NCBI GenBank assembly: GCA_965655095.1
Contig: OZ296652.1
Location: forward strand, 2,232,001-2,296,000
Direction: 5' to 3'
Source of the DNA: Haplodiscus bocki
Lineage: Eukaryota
Length of the DNA: 64,000 nt
Shown: in pieces, positions 1 to 10,790 of the stretch
How positions within the stretch are numbered: position 1 is the stretch's first letter
How the letters are laid out: every line of letters begins with the position of its first letter
Made by a program: the position numbers and the translations under genes
The notes under the pieces: generated by a model
The model's database searches: none
What the model saw: only the letters and a program-made list of their open reading frames with translations
Told to the model about the DNA's origin: nothing

Positions 1-2400
1 ACCGTTTACCTTTACTACGGCAAGTTCGCGAACTCTAATACAAATTGAATTGTTGTTGATTTTTCTGAGAAGAGGAGTCCAATTGTGGACATTGGAAGAA
101 TACTGGACCCAGGTGGGAGTGTTGACGGGTCATTCTGCGGGCACCGCTGACTTCAATTGGAGTTCGAGCTATATTTCTGTAAGTATATGAGCATATTTTT
201 GTTATGGTCATAAATGGGTAATGGTGCCGTAGTTTGTCCATGGGTTAGGAGTATGTCGGGGTGTGTATTATATGTAGTGTCAGAAGTGGTCAGGAATTTT
301 TGCATTTGACATGGGGGAGTAAGGTGTAAATTCGTGAGTGGGTATTTTGGCTTTATGTTAGTTGTGATGTTTCAGGGATTGTTGCATCATCTGTTCGTGG
401 AGCTAGTGAAACATGTGTCGTCTGTCATTGCTCGTGAAGGGGCATATTCAATTGAGTTCTCTGTGGGTTCTCATCGCAGGACATTGAGTGTTGGGTTTTG
501 GGAGGTCAAGCGTTTCGTGTGTATGCCCATGTTGCATTGCGGAAGGGATGTTCCAGCCACAAAGAGTTTTATTGATCTGGTTTCTCGATTGCTCAGTGAC
601 GTTTCTGGTGATGCAACAATGGTCTGTTGTTGCGGGTCAAATTCCAATTTTGTGAAAGTCTTGTATAAAAGTCCTGGTCGGAAGGCGGGTGTTCAGTACC
701 CTTTTGCGTTGGCTCCTGTGCAGTTTGAGCGTTTGCTACACAAACCCAGCTTCAGCGTAATGGGGAGAATTACTATGTGTTCCATGCTGCGTGCTCTTCT
801 ACTGCGTCTGAATGGACTCCTTGATGAACGCTGGGTTCAGTCGACACAGTATTTCAGAATGGTACGTATTGGTAATATTTCCTTGTGGTTGCCCTGGTAG
901 TACAGCAGTGGAATGATATTTTTTCGTTTTACAGGCGCTAAACAATGGAAAGTTAGAGTTGTCCACTGCATTTCTTGTAGTTCAGGAAACGATCGCGCAT
1001 TGGCCTCAAATTGTCACTTACATCAGCAAAACCAGTCAATGTCAAGAGTTTCAGCATGTGGAAGGAAGGGTGAGTATATTTGGCATTTGGTTGGAAATGA
1101 GTTATCACGTGTTGATGGATTGGTATTTTAGGGTCAAGCATTTGATAGTCAAATCACTGGGGATCCCTATTTCGAAGCTCGTCTGGAACTGTTTAAAGTC
1201 ATTGTTCAAGACTATCGTGAAGCCTTCAAGCGGTCAACGGTGCCCAATCGTGACCAAGGGTTTTTATTTTGCGGCCAAATGTGCGATTTTTTGCATCATC
1301 TGCTGCGAAGAATTGTGTCGCCGAGTTGTTTACCTGCTGAGTGGGATTGGGATGCGTTGCAATCTTTTGACTTTGCTGTTGGTGAGCTATTGGGCATCCC
1401 TGAGTTTATGCAGAAGACGGACTTTCGTGCAAAGGTGTTGAAGGTTGCAGGATCAAAAATTGATGTAGAACGTGAGCGTGGAAAGAAGGGAAAATCTGAT
1501 GCTGTTGCGAAGACGGTGATGGGAGAGTCGTTTAATCCCTTCATTGACCAAGGTAGACAATACATCAAATATGTGGCCAAGGAGTTGGTGAGACACCCTA
1601 CGTTCAAATCAGACTTGGTTATTGGTTTAGCTTGCTTCGACTATTCAGTATTGTTCAAATTGCCAAAGACTGTTGCTGTTGATTGTTACCAGCACTTGTT
1701 CCAGAGTTTCAGTTCACAGGGTTGGGTTGCACGAGAGTTGCGGAACGTCCACATTGATGATCACTTAGCATTTATAGACGATGTGCGACATGTGTATCTA
1801 GATGAAGTGGGCGTTGGGCCAGATGTTGAGGATATGGTTTCTTTTCTGTCATCATGCCCCGAATTGTCACGTAGAGAGTATACTTGGGATTTATTCAAAT
1901 TGTGTTGTCTTTGTTTGGGACATGTTGCCCCTAAATTGCGTGATGTTTCGCTTGGGTCGAGCAAGGTTGGAGTGACCAGAGTTAACCTGTCCTCATTCGT
2001 AGAGCCAATACAGGGATATTTGCTGAGTAGTGATGCTAAAGGAAACTTCTTAACTGATCCGGCGTCTATTAAGTCTTGCATGGAGTTGCTTGAGACTTTT
2101 AGTGATAGTGCGCTTCAATGTGATTACAATCCTTGGGAATCGGTCAATGTTCATGGGTACGAGAAGATTCGGGCTTAGGTGGAGAAGTCGTATAAGGCTG
2201 TAAGAGTTGCGAGTGATGTAGAGTCTTCTTCATCTTTGAGCGAGCCAGTATTTGTGTCGGAAAGGTTCCCCGAGCAACGTCGTCGTCCTGCACAGCGTCC
2301 ACGTATTGACATTAGTAAAACTCATCATAGTGGTGTTGCTGAGTTGCTGGCTGGGAAATTGCGATCAAATCGCAAAACTTCTAATGCAGAGTCGTCTTGA
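1..2400 (+). pseudogene. Spliced antisense cargo gene of G1, hAT-transposase-like and apparently catalytically dead. Exons <1-178, 233-318, 376-861, 935-1069, 1132-2400
   Basis: Introns 179-232 (GTAAGT..GTAG), 319-375 (GTAAGG..TTTCAG), 862-934 (GTACGT..TTTTACAG) and 1070-1131 (GTGAGT..TTTTAG) join ORFs 334-900, 959-1441 and 1240-2400 into one frame. In-frame stops: TGA 46, 148, 307 and TAG 2176. Motifs ERW, HWPQIVTYI, KELVRHPTFKSDLVIGLACFD and WDLFKLCCLCLGH resemble hAT-family blocks. Confidence 0.75.
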
Positions 2401-2580
2401 GTTTTAATTAAAGTTGTTGTACTATGCTTTGTTAATCAATCTTCTGTTGCTTTGTTGAAGCTTTTGATAATTTATAGTCCCCAAAAAGAAAAAAAAAGAT
2501 TTAAATGACGTGCGTGCAGAAAATAGAATTAAAGAATAGAAATGGCACACGAAAGGGGCTAGAATAAAGTTTTACACACA

Positions 2581-5500
2581 TCAATATCTGTATATTTCTG
2601 AGTAGTTAGGAATGGGATTGGGCGTCAGTTGTATTTGCCGCCTCTAGAGTAATTAGATTCCTTTTTTGGGAATATTTTCAGCTGTAGGATTGTTGCTGTC
2701 AAGCGTTGAAGAAGTGTCACTCTGCGTTGATGGTGGCTGTGTGACAGGTGTACATGTAATTTCAGCGTCGGTGATTGACTCATATATGTGTTTGGCATTA
2801 TCATTTTGAGTTAGGTCGGTAGTGGTTTCAATGTCCTGACTTTGACCATTCAATTTAAGCTTTGGAGTTTGTGGTACAGGTGGGTCAGAAATGGGGCATG
2901 TTTCCCTGTTTTGATCATTTCTTGAATCATGAAATTAGGAACGTGGGACAAAAACAGTATCTGGTCCCTGTGTATGACTATCATCAAAATCAATTGCGTT
3001 AGGGTCAGTGTATATGATAGGAATATCAAATAGGTGTCCACCAATTTCCGCTTCCCATGCAATTGTGTATAGATCATCTTGTGGAACCACGATATTATCG
3101 TCAACCTGCCATTGAGTTTCCTGATAGTTGTCTTCAGGAGGTTTTTCAGGGTTGTATTTTCGGAGGCGAATTCTGGGTAGGATTTGACTTTTGTTTGTAT
3201 TAAGTTTCCGCACAATGTAATTATTGTTCGGTAAAACTTTTTCTACTAAATAGGGTCTAATCCAAGGGAAGTGACGGAACGGCATTTTTGACCCTTGGTG
3301 GTCCGCTTTTGGCTGAAGTACAAAGCAGTAACCTTTTTTTTAAAGGTGAAGCTTTTGCTTTTTTGTAGTAATACTTCTTGTATTTGATATATGACTGCAT
3401 GACGTTTTCCTTGGTTTTGTTGTAAAGGATTTTGGTTCTTCGCGGTAATTCTTCTGCAAAATCTGTAGTTGGTGCGGTATTGGGATTAAAACATAAGCCA
3501 AGTTTGTGATCTAGAATGTTAAGTGGGACTCGGCCAAGGACTACTCGGCTTGGTTCACAATCGATACTGGTATGGTATGTCGTGTTGTAATTCAGGATTG
3601 CAATTTGTAAATATTTGTGCCATTGTTTCCTGTATTCGCCTGATGCCATTTTCAAAGAAGTCTTGATTGTGGCGTGGGCCCGTTCTAGGACCCCAATGGT
3701 TTGTGCATGTTTTGTTGTGGCTTGTTTTAAATTTATGCCCATTATTTCGGCTACCTCGTGTATAACTTGGGAGACGAAAACGCTTCCTTTGTCTGTTATA
3801 ATGAGTGTAGGTAAGTAGGCGTGTCTTGTCATGATGTCTATTATGACTTTCGCTGTGCTCACTGCCGTGGGGTTGGAAACTGGGTGGCAAATGCATATCT
3901 CTAAAATACATCTATTGCCGTAATGATATTCTCATAACCCCCACTTGGCGGCAATTCAGGCAATAAGTCGATTTGCATGAAGTCTTCCGGTCCAAGAACC
4001 CATTTTGGGATGTGGATTAATTCTGCAGTGATTCGTGTGTTGCTTATGCGTTTGTCTTGAATGCATATTTCGCAGTCACGAACCCAGTTTCTAACAAAAG
4101 TTGCAATTGAAGGAAAGTAATACTTCTGACGGATTTCTTGCATCATTTTTGAAAAACCTGGGTGTTTGCCAGCTGTTCCATGTAATGATTGTGATAACAC
4201 TTTGAGTAATTGTCCGGGCAAAAGGACCTGTAAGTGACTGACTCCACCAATGTCGTTATAGTACTGTCGATAGAGGATGTCATCTTTGATGATAATACGC
4301 TTTTTGTTTCTGGAATAATGCATGTACCGTGCATCATTTAATAAAATTTGTTCTTCAATTGGTAATCCTAACATTTCTCGTTTGAAATTGAGTAGTGTTG
4401 GATCTGAATCTTGTTCAATGAGTGTGCGTGATGATTTTGTTAATTGTGCTATGTTCACAATTGTTGTGTCTTTGTGTAGGTCATTTACGTAGTAACACGA
4501 CACTGTGATGACTGGTGGATCGTTAGGTATGGCGTTTCGAGCTTCTTCTTTACGCTTCCAGAGTTCTTTTTCTGTGGTCTCTTGTTGGTCTGTAGGATCG
4601 AAAAAGACCGTTTCTTCTTGTGCCTGTGGATTCAATGTTCACTACAATCGGTTTTGTTGGAATGTCTTCTCTAAATTTTAAGATTATTTTTTCGTTGGGG
4701 TCCATTTCTAATCGAGATAAGAAATCTGCTGCTGTGTTCATTTTTCCCGGAATGTGTGCAATAGTAAAATTAAATTGTAGTACAAAATCACAGGCATTCC
4801 ATAGAGGTGGAGGAATCATTTTTGTTTGGAAGAATCTAGCGACCGATTTGCTATCTGTCATGATAATCACTGATTTGGTGGCGCCCCAAAATAAATGTCC
4901 AAATTCTTTGAAGGCCATGTAAATGGCTAAAAAATCTTTTGCGTAAATGGACATTTTGATTTGGGATGGTGAGTAAGTTTTTGAGCCATAAGCTCTGGGA
5001 GCGTAAGTTTTGCGTATTGAGGTGTATTTCTGGTTGGGATCATCTTCTATTGGCACTGCATAGCCAGCTGCTTGAAAGCTTGCATCGGTCATGAGGAGCA
5101 GTTGTTTACCAGGTAATGGTTGACGTAATGCCAGCTGGCAACATCGGTCGAGAGCTTCGTTTATTTCCCTGAACTCTTTCTTGATGTCAGAGGTAATCGG
5201 AATTTTGGTTTTGGCATCAGTTGTTTTGAGTAGTTGGAAGAACGGTGTGAGTGGTTCCGCCAGTCTAGGTATGTAATTTTGGTAATAATTCAAAAAACAA
5301 TATTTCGTTGAAGTGCTTTTTGGATCGTGGAAATTTGACTTTTTCGAGGAATTTGGCAATCTTTAGTTTTTGGGGGGCAACCCCGTTGGTTGTTTTTGTT
5401 CGTCCAAGGAAGTCTATTTCTTGTACTCCGAAATGGCATTTGGCCATGCTGAGTTTGAGACCAGCTTTCCGTAGACACTGGAAAAGTGGTTGTAGATTGT

Positions 5501-7756
5501 TGATCAATTATTCCGGGGTATTGACGGCTATGCTATTATCGTCGACATATTGTGCGCATTGGTCGGCTTTGATGACTGGATCGAGTTATTCGCGTATGAG
5601 GCTCGAGAATGCCGATAGGGAACGGCTAAGTCCTTGTGCCAATCTTCGGTACGCGAATGTTCTACTTGCAAAGTTGAATGCAAGGAGTTCGATTGATTGC
5701 TGCTCAGCCATCTGAAGGCAGTGATATGACTGGGAACAATCAAGTTTGCAGAACAAGTTTTTCCCAGCCATATGCTGTGCTGCATCCGTTAGTGTGCTGA
5801 CCGGATGATTGTTGTTGATGTAATCATCTGCGATAAGTGTATTAATTCTGCGGAGGTCAACCAATAGGCGTAGTTTCTCATTTGGTTTCCTTTGTCGGAG
5901 TAATGGACTAGCATATTTGATGGAGGGTAATGTTGTGATGATTCCTTACTTTTGTAAAAGGGCTAGTTCCACGAGGATGTCGTCCTCGAGGTTGATCGGC
6001 GCAGGAAGGCTTTGACTATAAGCAGGCCTGTTGTCTAACGCTGTGAGTTGTACTTCGAACTCTGTATCGATTCCGATGTCAAAGCGGTGCCGTGCAAAAA
6101 TGTCGTGAAATTCCACAAGTAGGTTTTCAACGGCTTTTTTGGCTTCCGATTGTAGAGTAGAATCTGTCCAATCGAAATTGGATAGAAATTGGTTTCGAGA
6201 GTTGGTATTTTCTAATGGATTTATTTTTTCTAATTGTTCTAGTTCCCGCAGTTCATTGAGAATACGTGTCTGAATGGGCGTGTGTTCCTTCTCATTGCCC
6301 GGATTTTGTGGTGTTGGGAACCAGTAAGTCTCGTTGACTTCGTCATTTTTCGATGTTTTCAGAAGGCTGTTATGCAATGAATAGCGTCGTCATGACTGTT
6401 GTCCAGAAGGTGCCTCACTGAGGTAGGATTGACTGGTTGAATGTGTTTTGTTTGTTCAGGAGTTAATATTGAGAAATTTGCAATGTGCGTTCCTTTCTTT
6501 AGGGTGTAAGGGTGGTCCAGAAAATTGCTAATTTGGACCATATGTTTGTTGTTTTGGGTTGATGAAAGTGCTGGACAGATGATAAGATCTTCGTCGTTCT
6601 CTAGAAGTGGCGAGGGTTGAAGTATTCCTGTCGCTTCGCTATCTGTGTAGATCTGTGACTTTACCCAAATTGTGGTCCTTTTTCCCGGTTGTAGTGTGGT
6701 TTCTACTGGGTTTAGTATAGGTTCAATGACATTTGGGTATGTCCGGTTTTCCTTTTTCAATTGCATTGAAAAGAAGGAAAAGTTCAGGATTCCTTGACGC
6801 ATATCGAGTATGGTACTGTTTCCTTGTAGGAATAAGAGACCGATCAAAAGGCTTGTGAGATTTGTCATAATTATGAATTTTTCTCTGAATGTAATGTCAC
6901 CGACTTCGAATTGCATTTCTACTGTTGCAAGAGGTGCTTCTAACTGTCCATTGGCGACCATAATTTGGAACTCAGGTGCTGGACCTTCATTTAATTCTGT
7001 ATGTGGAGCCAGTAATCGAATTTTACGTAAGTCGGCTTCCGAAATAGCGCTTGAAAAAGCACCCGTATCTATGAGCCCGTCAATATTTAACTCCCCGAAA
7101 TCCATTGGAAAGGAAAACATTTTTCGCTTATTCTTTAATGGCAAATTTGTTGAAAGCTGGAGAAACCTTGTGAGTCCGTCTGGTGTTACCTGGAGCTGTG
7201 GTAAAATTTGGTCGTCAATGACTGCTGTGTGCCTTTGTTGATTTTTTGGTCTCGGTCGAAAGTTTGGTAATGCTGATGTATCAGGTAAATGTGGATTGAC
7301 TGTCCACAAATCTATCAATGCATGTCGTAATGCGTTTAATACATGTGCATCCGTAATTAAGTCATCATATTCGATCTGGTCATTAGGTTTATTGTAAGTA
7401 TCTTTGTACTCCAACTTGTCTTGGTCATGTAATTCTTCAACCCAATAGGGGTCAAATCCATATTGAGGGTCAACGAAGAATGCGTCGTATGCAACGAATT
7501 CTGGAAGTGATCTAAATTGAAGGTCAAAGTTGTGTGTGTAGTCGTATTTGTATGTTGGGAAAATTTTATGGGTTATGTGGATATTATTATATCTTCGAAT
7601 GTAGGCTTTTTCCATTTGCTGCTGCCAAACAACTGATGGAATTCCTGTGTTCGACGTTTGATGAGAGTAGTACACTATGGTGGGTGGGTCAGATATAACG
7701 TATTGTCTCACTGATGTGTAATCTGCCCATTGGATTCGTGACTTTTTTAGTTTAAA
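2581..7756 (-). pseudogene. pol: Gypsy pol polyprotein (protease, RT, RNase H, integrase), frameshifted
   Basis: Protease LIDTGA (ORF 6359-7711). RT motifs VDLRRIN, KLDCSQSY, QGL and QYVDD near 5545. RNase H TDASF and ADFLSR. Integrase H..H/CEIC, QIDLL, TDKGSVF and ERAHATIK. Ends ...PNYSEIYRY-stop at 2581. Confidence 0.95.
7750..7756 (-). promoter_or_regulatory. -1 programmed ribosomal frameshift slippery heptamer U UUA AAC at the gag-pol junction
   Basis: gag ends TCT TTA AAC TAA. The -1 frame from 7756 reads TTT AAA CTA AAA AAG TCA CGA... with no stop into pol ORF 6359-7711. Confidence 0.85.
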
Positions 7757-8889
7757 GAGTTTTTAGGAATTGATGAAGGTCCTGAATGGGTTAAGTTTCC
7801 TTGTTTTTGCCCGTCATTTCGATTTTCTGGGTGATATTCTTGTTTGAACCGCTTGGGTCTATTTGCTGCGTTGGGACCGCTCCAACACCTTTTTGGAGGG
7901 TGGTTTTTCCGTTGACAAGGAGGACAAGGTGGAAATGATTTGGATGTCGAAGGTTTTATGTTTTGATTTGGAGGATCATTTCTTTGTTCTTGTTCCTTTC
8001 TCATCCTTTTACGACAATCTCGGAAAACGTGGCCTGGTTTTTTACAATATTGGCATGTCACTTTTGTTTGTTCAGTGTTTTGTTGGTTTTCATTTGGGGG
8101 TACGGCTGTCATTGTGGGTAATGTTAATTCCCCATCATTTTTTAAACCACTGAGTTCTAATTCTCTTTGGAGATGTGCAACTACTTGGTCGTATGTGCCA
8201 TTTTCCAGATAGGCTAAATTGAGTGATCGTTTCAAATGAGGTGGCAGTTTCGCGTAGAGTAGATTGTCAATCATGTGCTGGGCGTTGTCACCGAACTCTC
8301 TTTCGGCACATTCGTTGAGTTCTTCTAAGAAATCGGGAAGTGAGTTCGTGTTAGGAGCGAATGTGAGTTTGTGCCATTTGTGTTTAGCTGTATCTTGAGA
8401 TTCTGGTTTAACATATTTGCGTCGAAACACATTTAGGACGTCATCGAGAGTTTTCTTATTTAATGCACTTATGTTTCTGAATGTTTGAAATGCTTCTTTT
8501 CGTAAATGGCCGTGAAAATGGTTATTTTTCAAAGCTTCTGTCATCTCCAGTTGCATTTTGAGCATTGTGTGAAATGGGTCTTCAAAGAGTTCGAATTTCT
8601 CATTTTTGCCATCGAAAATTAGTGTATTTGTGGACACGGGTTTGAGCATTGTGGCTGCTTGTGGTCGTTGTTGGGTTGCAATTCCAGCAATTGCATCAAC
8701 TAGGCGGTTAAAGGAATTGTTTGTGTCTGAGTTTTGATTTCTTGGTGTTTGTTCAACCACTGGTAAATTGTTGTCTTGTCTTGTAATACTTGTGTTGACA
8801 GGTTCTGATATTGATGTGATCGTGGGTTGCGTGGTGTTACAATGCGTCCTGTAAGGAACTCGGGGAATTGATTTGGTTGGGCTGTTTGT

Positions 8890-9039
8890 CCTGTCACCAT
8901 GTGATGATTGGGGTTACTAGGTCCTGTCACCGTCTGATGATTGGGGTTACTAGGTCCTGTCACCATGTGATGATTGGGGTTACTAGGTCCTGTCACCATC
9001 TGATGATTGGGGTTACTAGGTCTTGTCACCATGTGATGA
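8890..9039 (-). repeat. 33-bp coding tandem repeat in gag, about 4.5 copies (VTGPSNPNHHM)
   Basis: Unit CCTGTCACCATGTGATGATTGGGGTTACTAGGT on the + strand. Confidence 0.95.
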
Positions 9040-9599
9040 GTTTGTGGTTGCCGGTTAAAACGTGTTTCCGGGACCGACAATTCACTTACTTCGTCCGGAA
9101 TAACGTGTCGAGTCTCATCATTTACATTTGATACACCTAGTGTATTGTCGTTTCCAGATGCGTTTTCGAAAGTGGCATTAATCCCCACATGTTCCCTACG
9201 TTTTGAACCTGCAGACGCACTGGTCGTATCCCGTCCAGAAGATGCATTTATTGACCTGATTGCTAATTCAATTTTAGGAGTAACAATAATATCAGTAGTG
9301 GTCAAAATTGCATTCTGTATCCTATCTTCAACTGTATCAACAGTATTACTTATTTCTCTGTCAATCCTCTCATTAAAACACCTTTCCAAAGTTTCCACAC
9401 TCATTGCATTTCCATTAACAATTGAATCATTACTAGGAGTAGCAACGGTAAAATCTCAGTCATTAGCGCCTTCATTGACCAAAGAATATTCTTGTCTCTT
9501 ACTGGCGGCGTTGCCAATGATCATATCTCGATCGAAGTCATCTAATTGGCTAAGAAGCCTTTTGTTTGACTGTCTTTTCTTACGAGTGGAAACCATGTT

Positions 9600-10790
9600 T
9601 GTTTTAATAACTGAATTGCATTAAGAGTGGAACAATAATAATAACGTAAAAGTGAATGATGATTTAAACTACCAAACTCGCAAAGAGTTTTAATAACTAC
9701 AAAAGAGATATCAGTTTTGAAATCGTTTAGTGAACTGATTTTTAGGATGACGGTTTTTCTTCTGTTGATGGCTCCTCAGTCAGTTGTGGGTCACTCTTTT
9801 CCTTCGTTCGACTTGTCATTCGTCAACCAATTGGGTGGCACAATCTACTGATGTCATGTTCGCCATTCCATTTTTAATTAACGCATCAAAAGGCTTAACC
9901 CGAGTTTTACATATCGTCATCATGACATCACTTTAAAATTTGTAAAAAAACAAACATCAAAAGGGGGAGTTCCGAATAAATCATGACAATCAAGTTATGG
10001 TTATGGAATCTAGATAAATGTTCAAGGTCAATAAAATCATGTTTACATGCGTAGTAAATGTCATGGGTGGTCGTTTATGGTTATAATATGCTGAATTTGA
10101 CCAGTATGTTGATATTGAACTTCATGCACCGGTTTTAACTTTGATTTAATATAAGGTGGTCAAACGTGGGCACCACGACCGTTTTTCGACCGGGTAATAA
10201 TTTTCACTCAGGATTTAATAGTAACTAGCACTAGGTAATTTTATATTACACAATTAGACAATTATATGTTTATATAAGTACATAGCAACATCTTTTAATT
10301 GTATATGGTCATACTTCAGTTTTCTGATTTCATTTGGCCGTACTTCAACTTTTGTTTAAAACCAACCACTCGCGTTGAGCAAAGTGGTCAAATTTAGGTC
10401 CTTGTGACCAATTTTGACCACGCTCCAGCAGCGCTTTTGCTTGGTCAGGGTTCTGACAAGAATACTTGTTTTGACCAATCAAATTTAAGTATAAGACTGC
10501 AAGTTAATTGAGCACTTCAAACATTTGTTTATATCCGTTCTCTCATGATACAAGCTTCTTTGCTATTTGTATGGATTTTGCACATAAATACGTATTTATT
10601 CGTAGGATCATATACGTATATATATTAGCAAATAAATATATAAATATATATCTTCAAAATGGGGGGATATTTATCCAGCGAGTTATTTAACGAGGGTTTT
10701 ATTAGTTTAGTCTTCAAATAAGGGCAGAGTATATCCCTGTGTGCCCGAGTTTTGTCCATTAAGGTTAACGGAGTAGACTAGGCCGTCACA
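9600..10790 (-). other. 5' LTR plus leader region of G1; internal LTR boundary not resolved
   Basis: Non-coding region upstream of gag. TG-start at 10790, minus-strand AATAAA at 10698-10703 and a TA-rich tract at 10610-10650. No second LTR in the window for confirmation. Confidence 0.5.

Larger units (their letters stand above)
7747..9596 (-). pseudogene. gag: Gypsy gag with long N-terminal extension and two zinc knuckles
   Basis: ATG at 9596 (MVSTRKKR) is in frame with ORF 8700-9404 across one TGA at 9456-9458. A frameshift near 8770 leads into ORF 7747-8760. Knuckles CQYCKKPGHVFRDC and CPPCQRKNHPPKRC. Confidence 0.9.
1..10790 (-). mobile_element. Ty3/Gypsy LTR retrotransposon G1; mildly decayed, 3' end lies outside the window
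   Basis: gag (CCHC) followed by pol with domain order PR-RT-RH-IN, which is Ty3/Gypsy. Candidate 5' terminus TGTGACGG on the minus strand at 10790, where G2-type sequence resumes. Confidence 0.9.

Noticed and set aside
1-2400. env gene at the 3' position of the Gypsy element
   Set aside because: It is on the opposite strand and spliced, with no evident signal peptide, furin site or C-terminal transmembrane anchor.
2581-3100. Chromodomain at the integrase C-terminus
   Set aside because: The tail is acidic and Ser/Thr/Pro-rich, without recognisable chromodomain motifs.
4620-9624. + strand ORFs overlapping gag/pol (4620-4922, 5308-5715, 6810-7241, 9145-9624)
   Set aside because: Antisense shadow ORFs of the coding strand with no independent motifs.
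10160-10180. TGGTGCCCACG on the minus strand as a primer-binding site
   Set aside because: Not preceded by an LTR-terminal CA, and any tRNA match could not be extended or verified.
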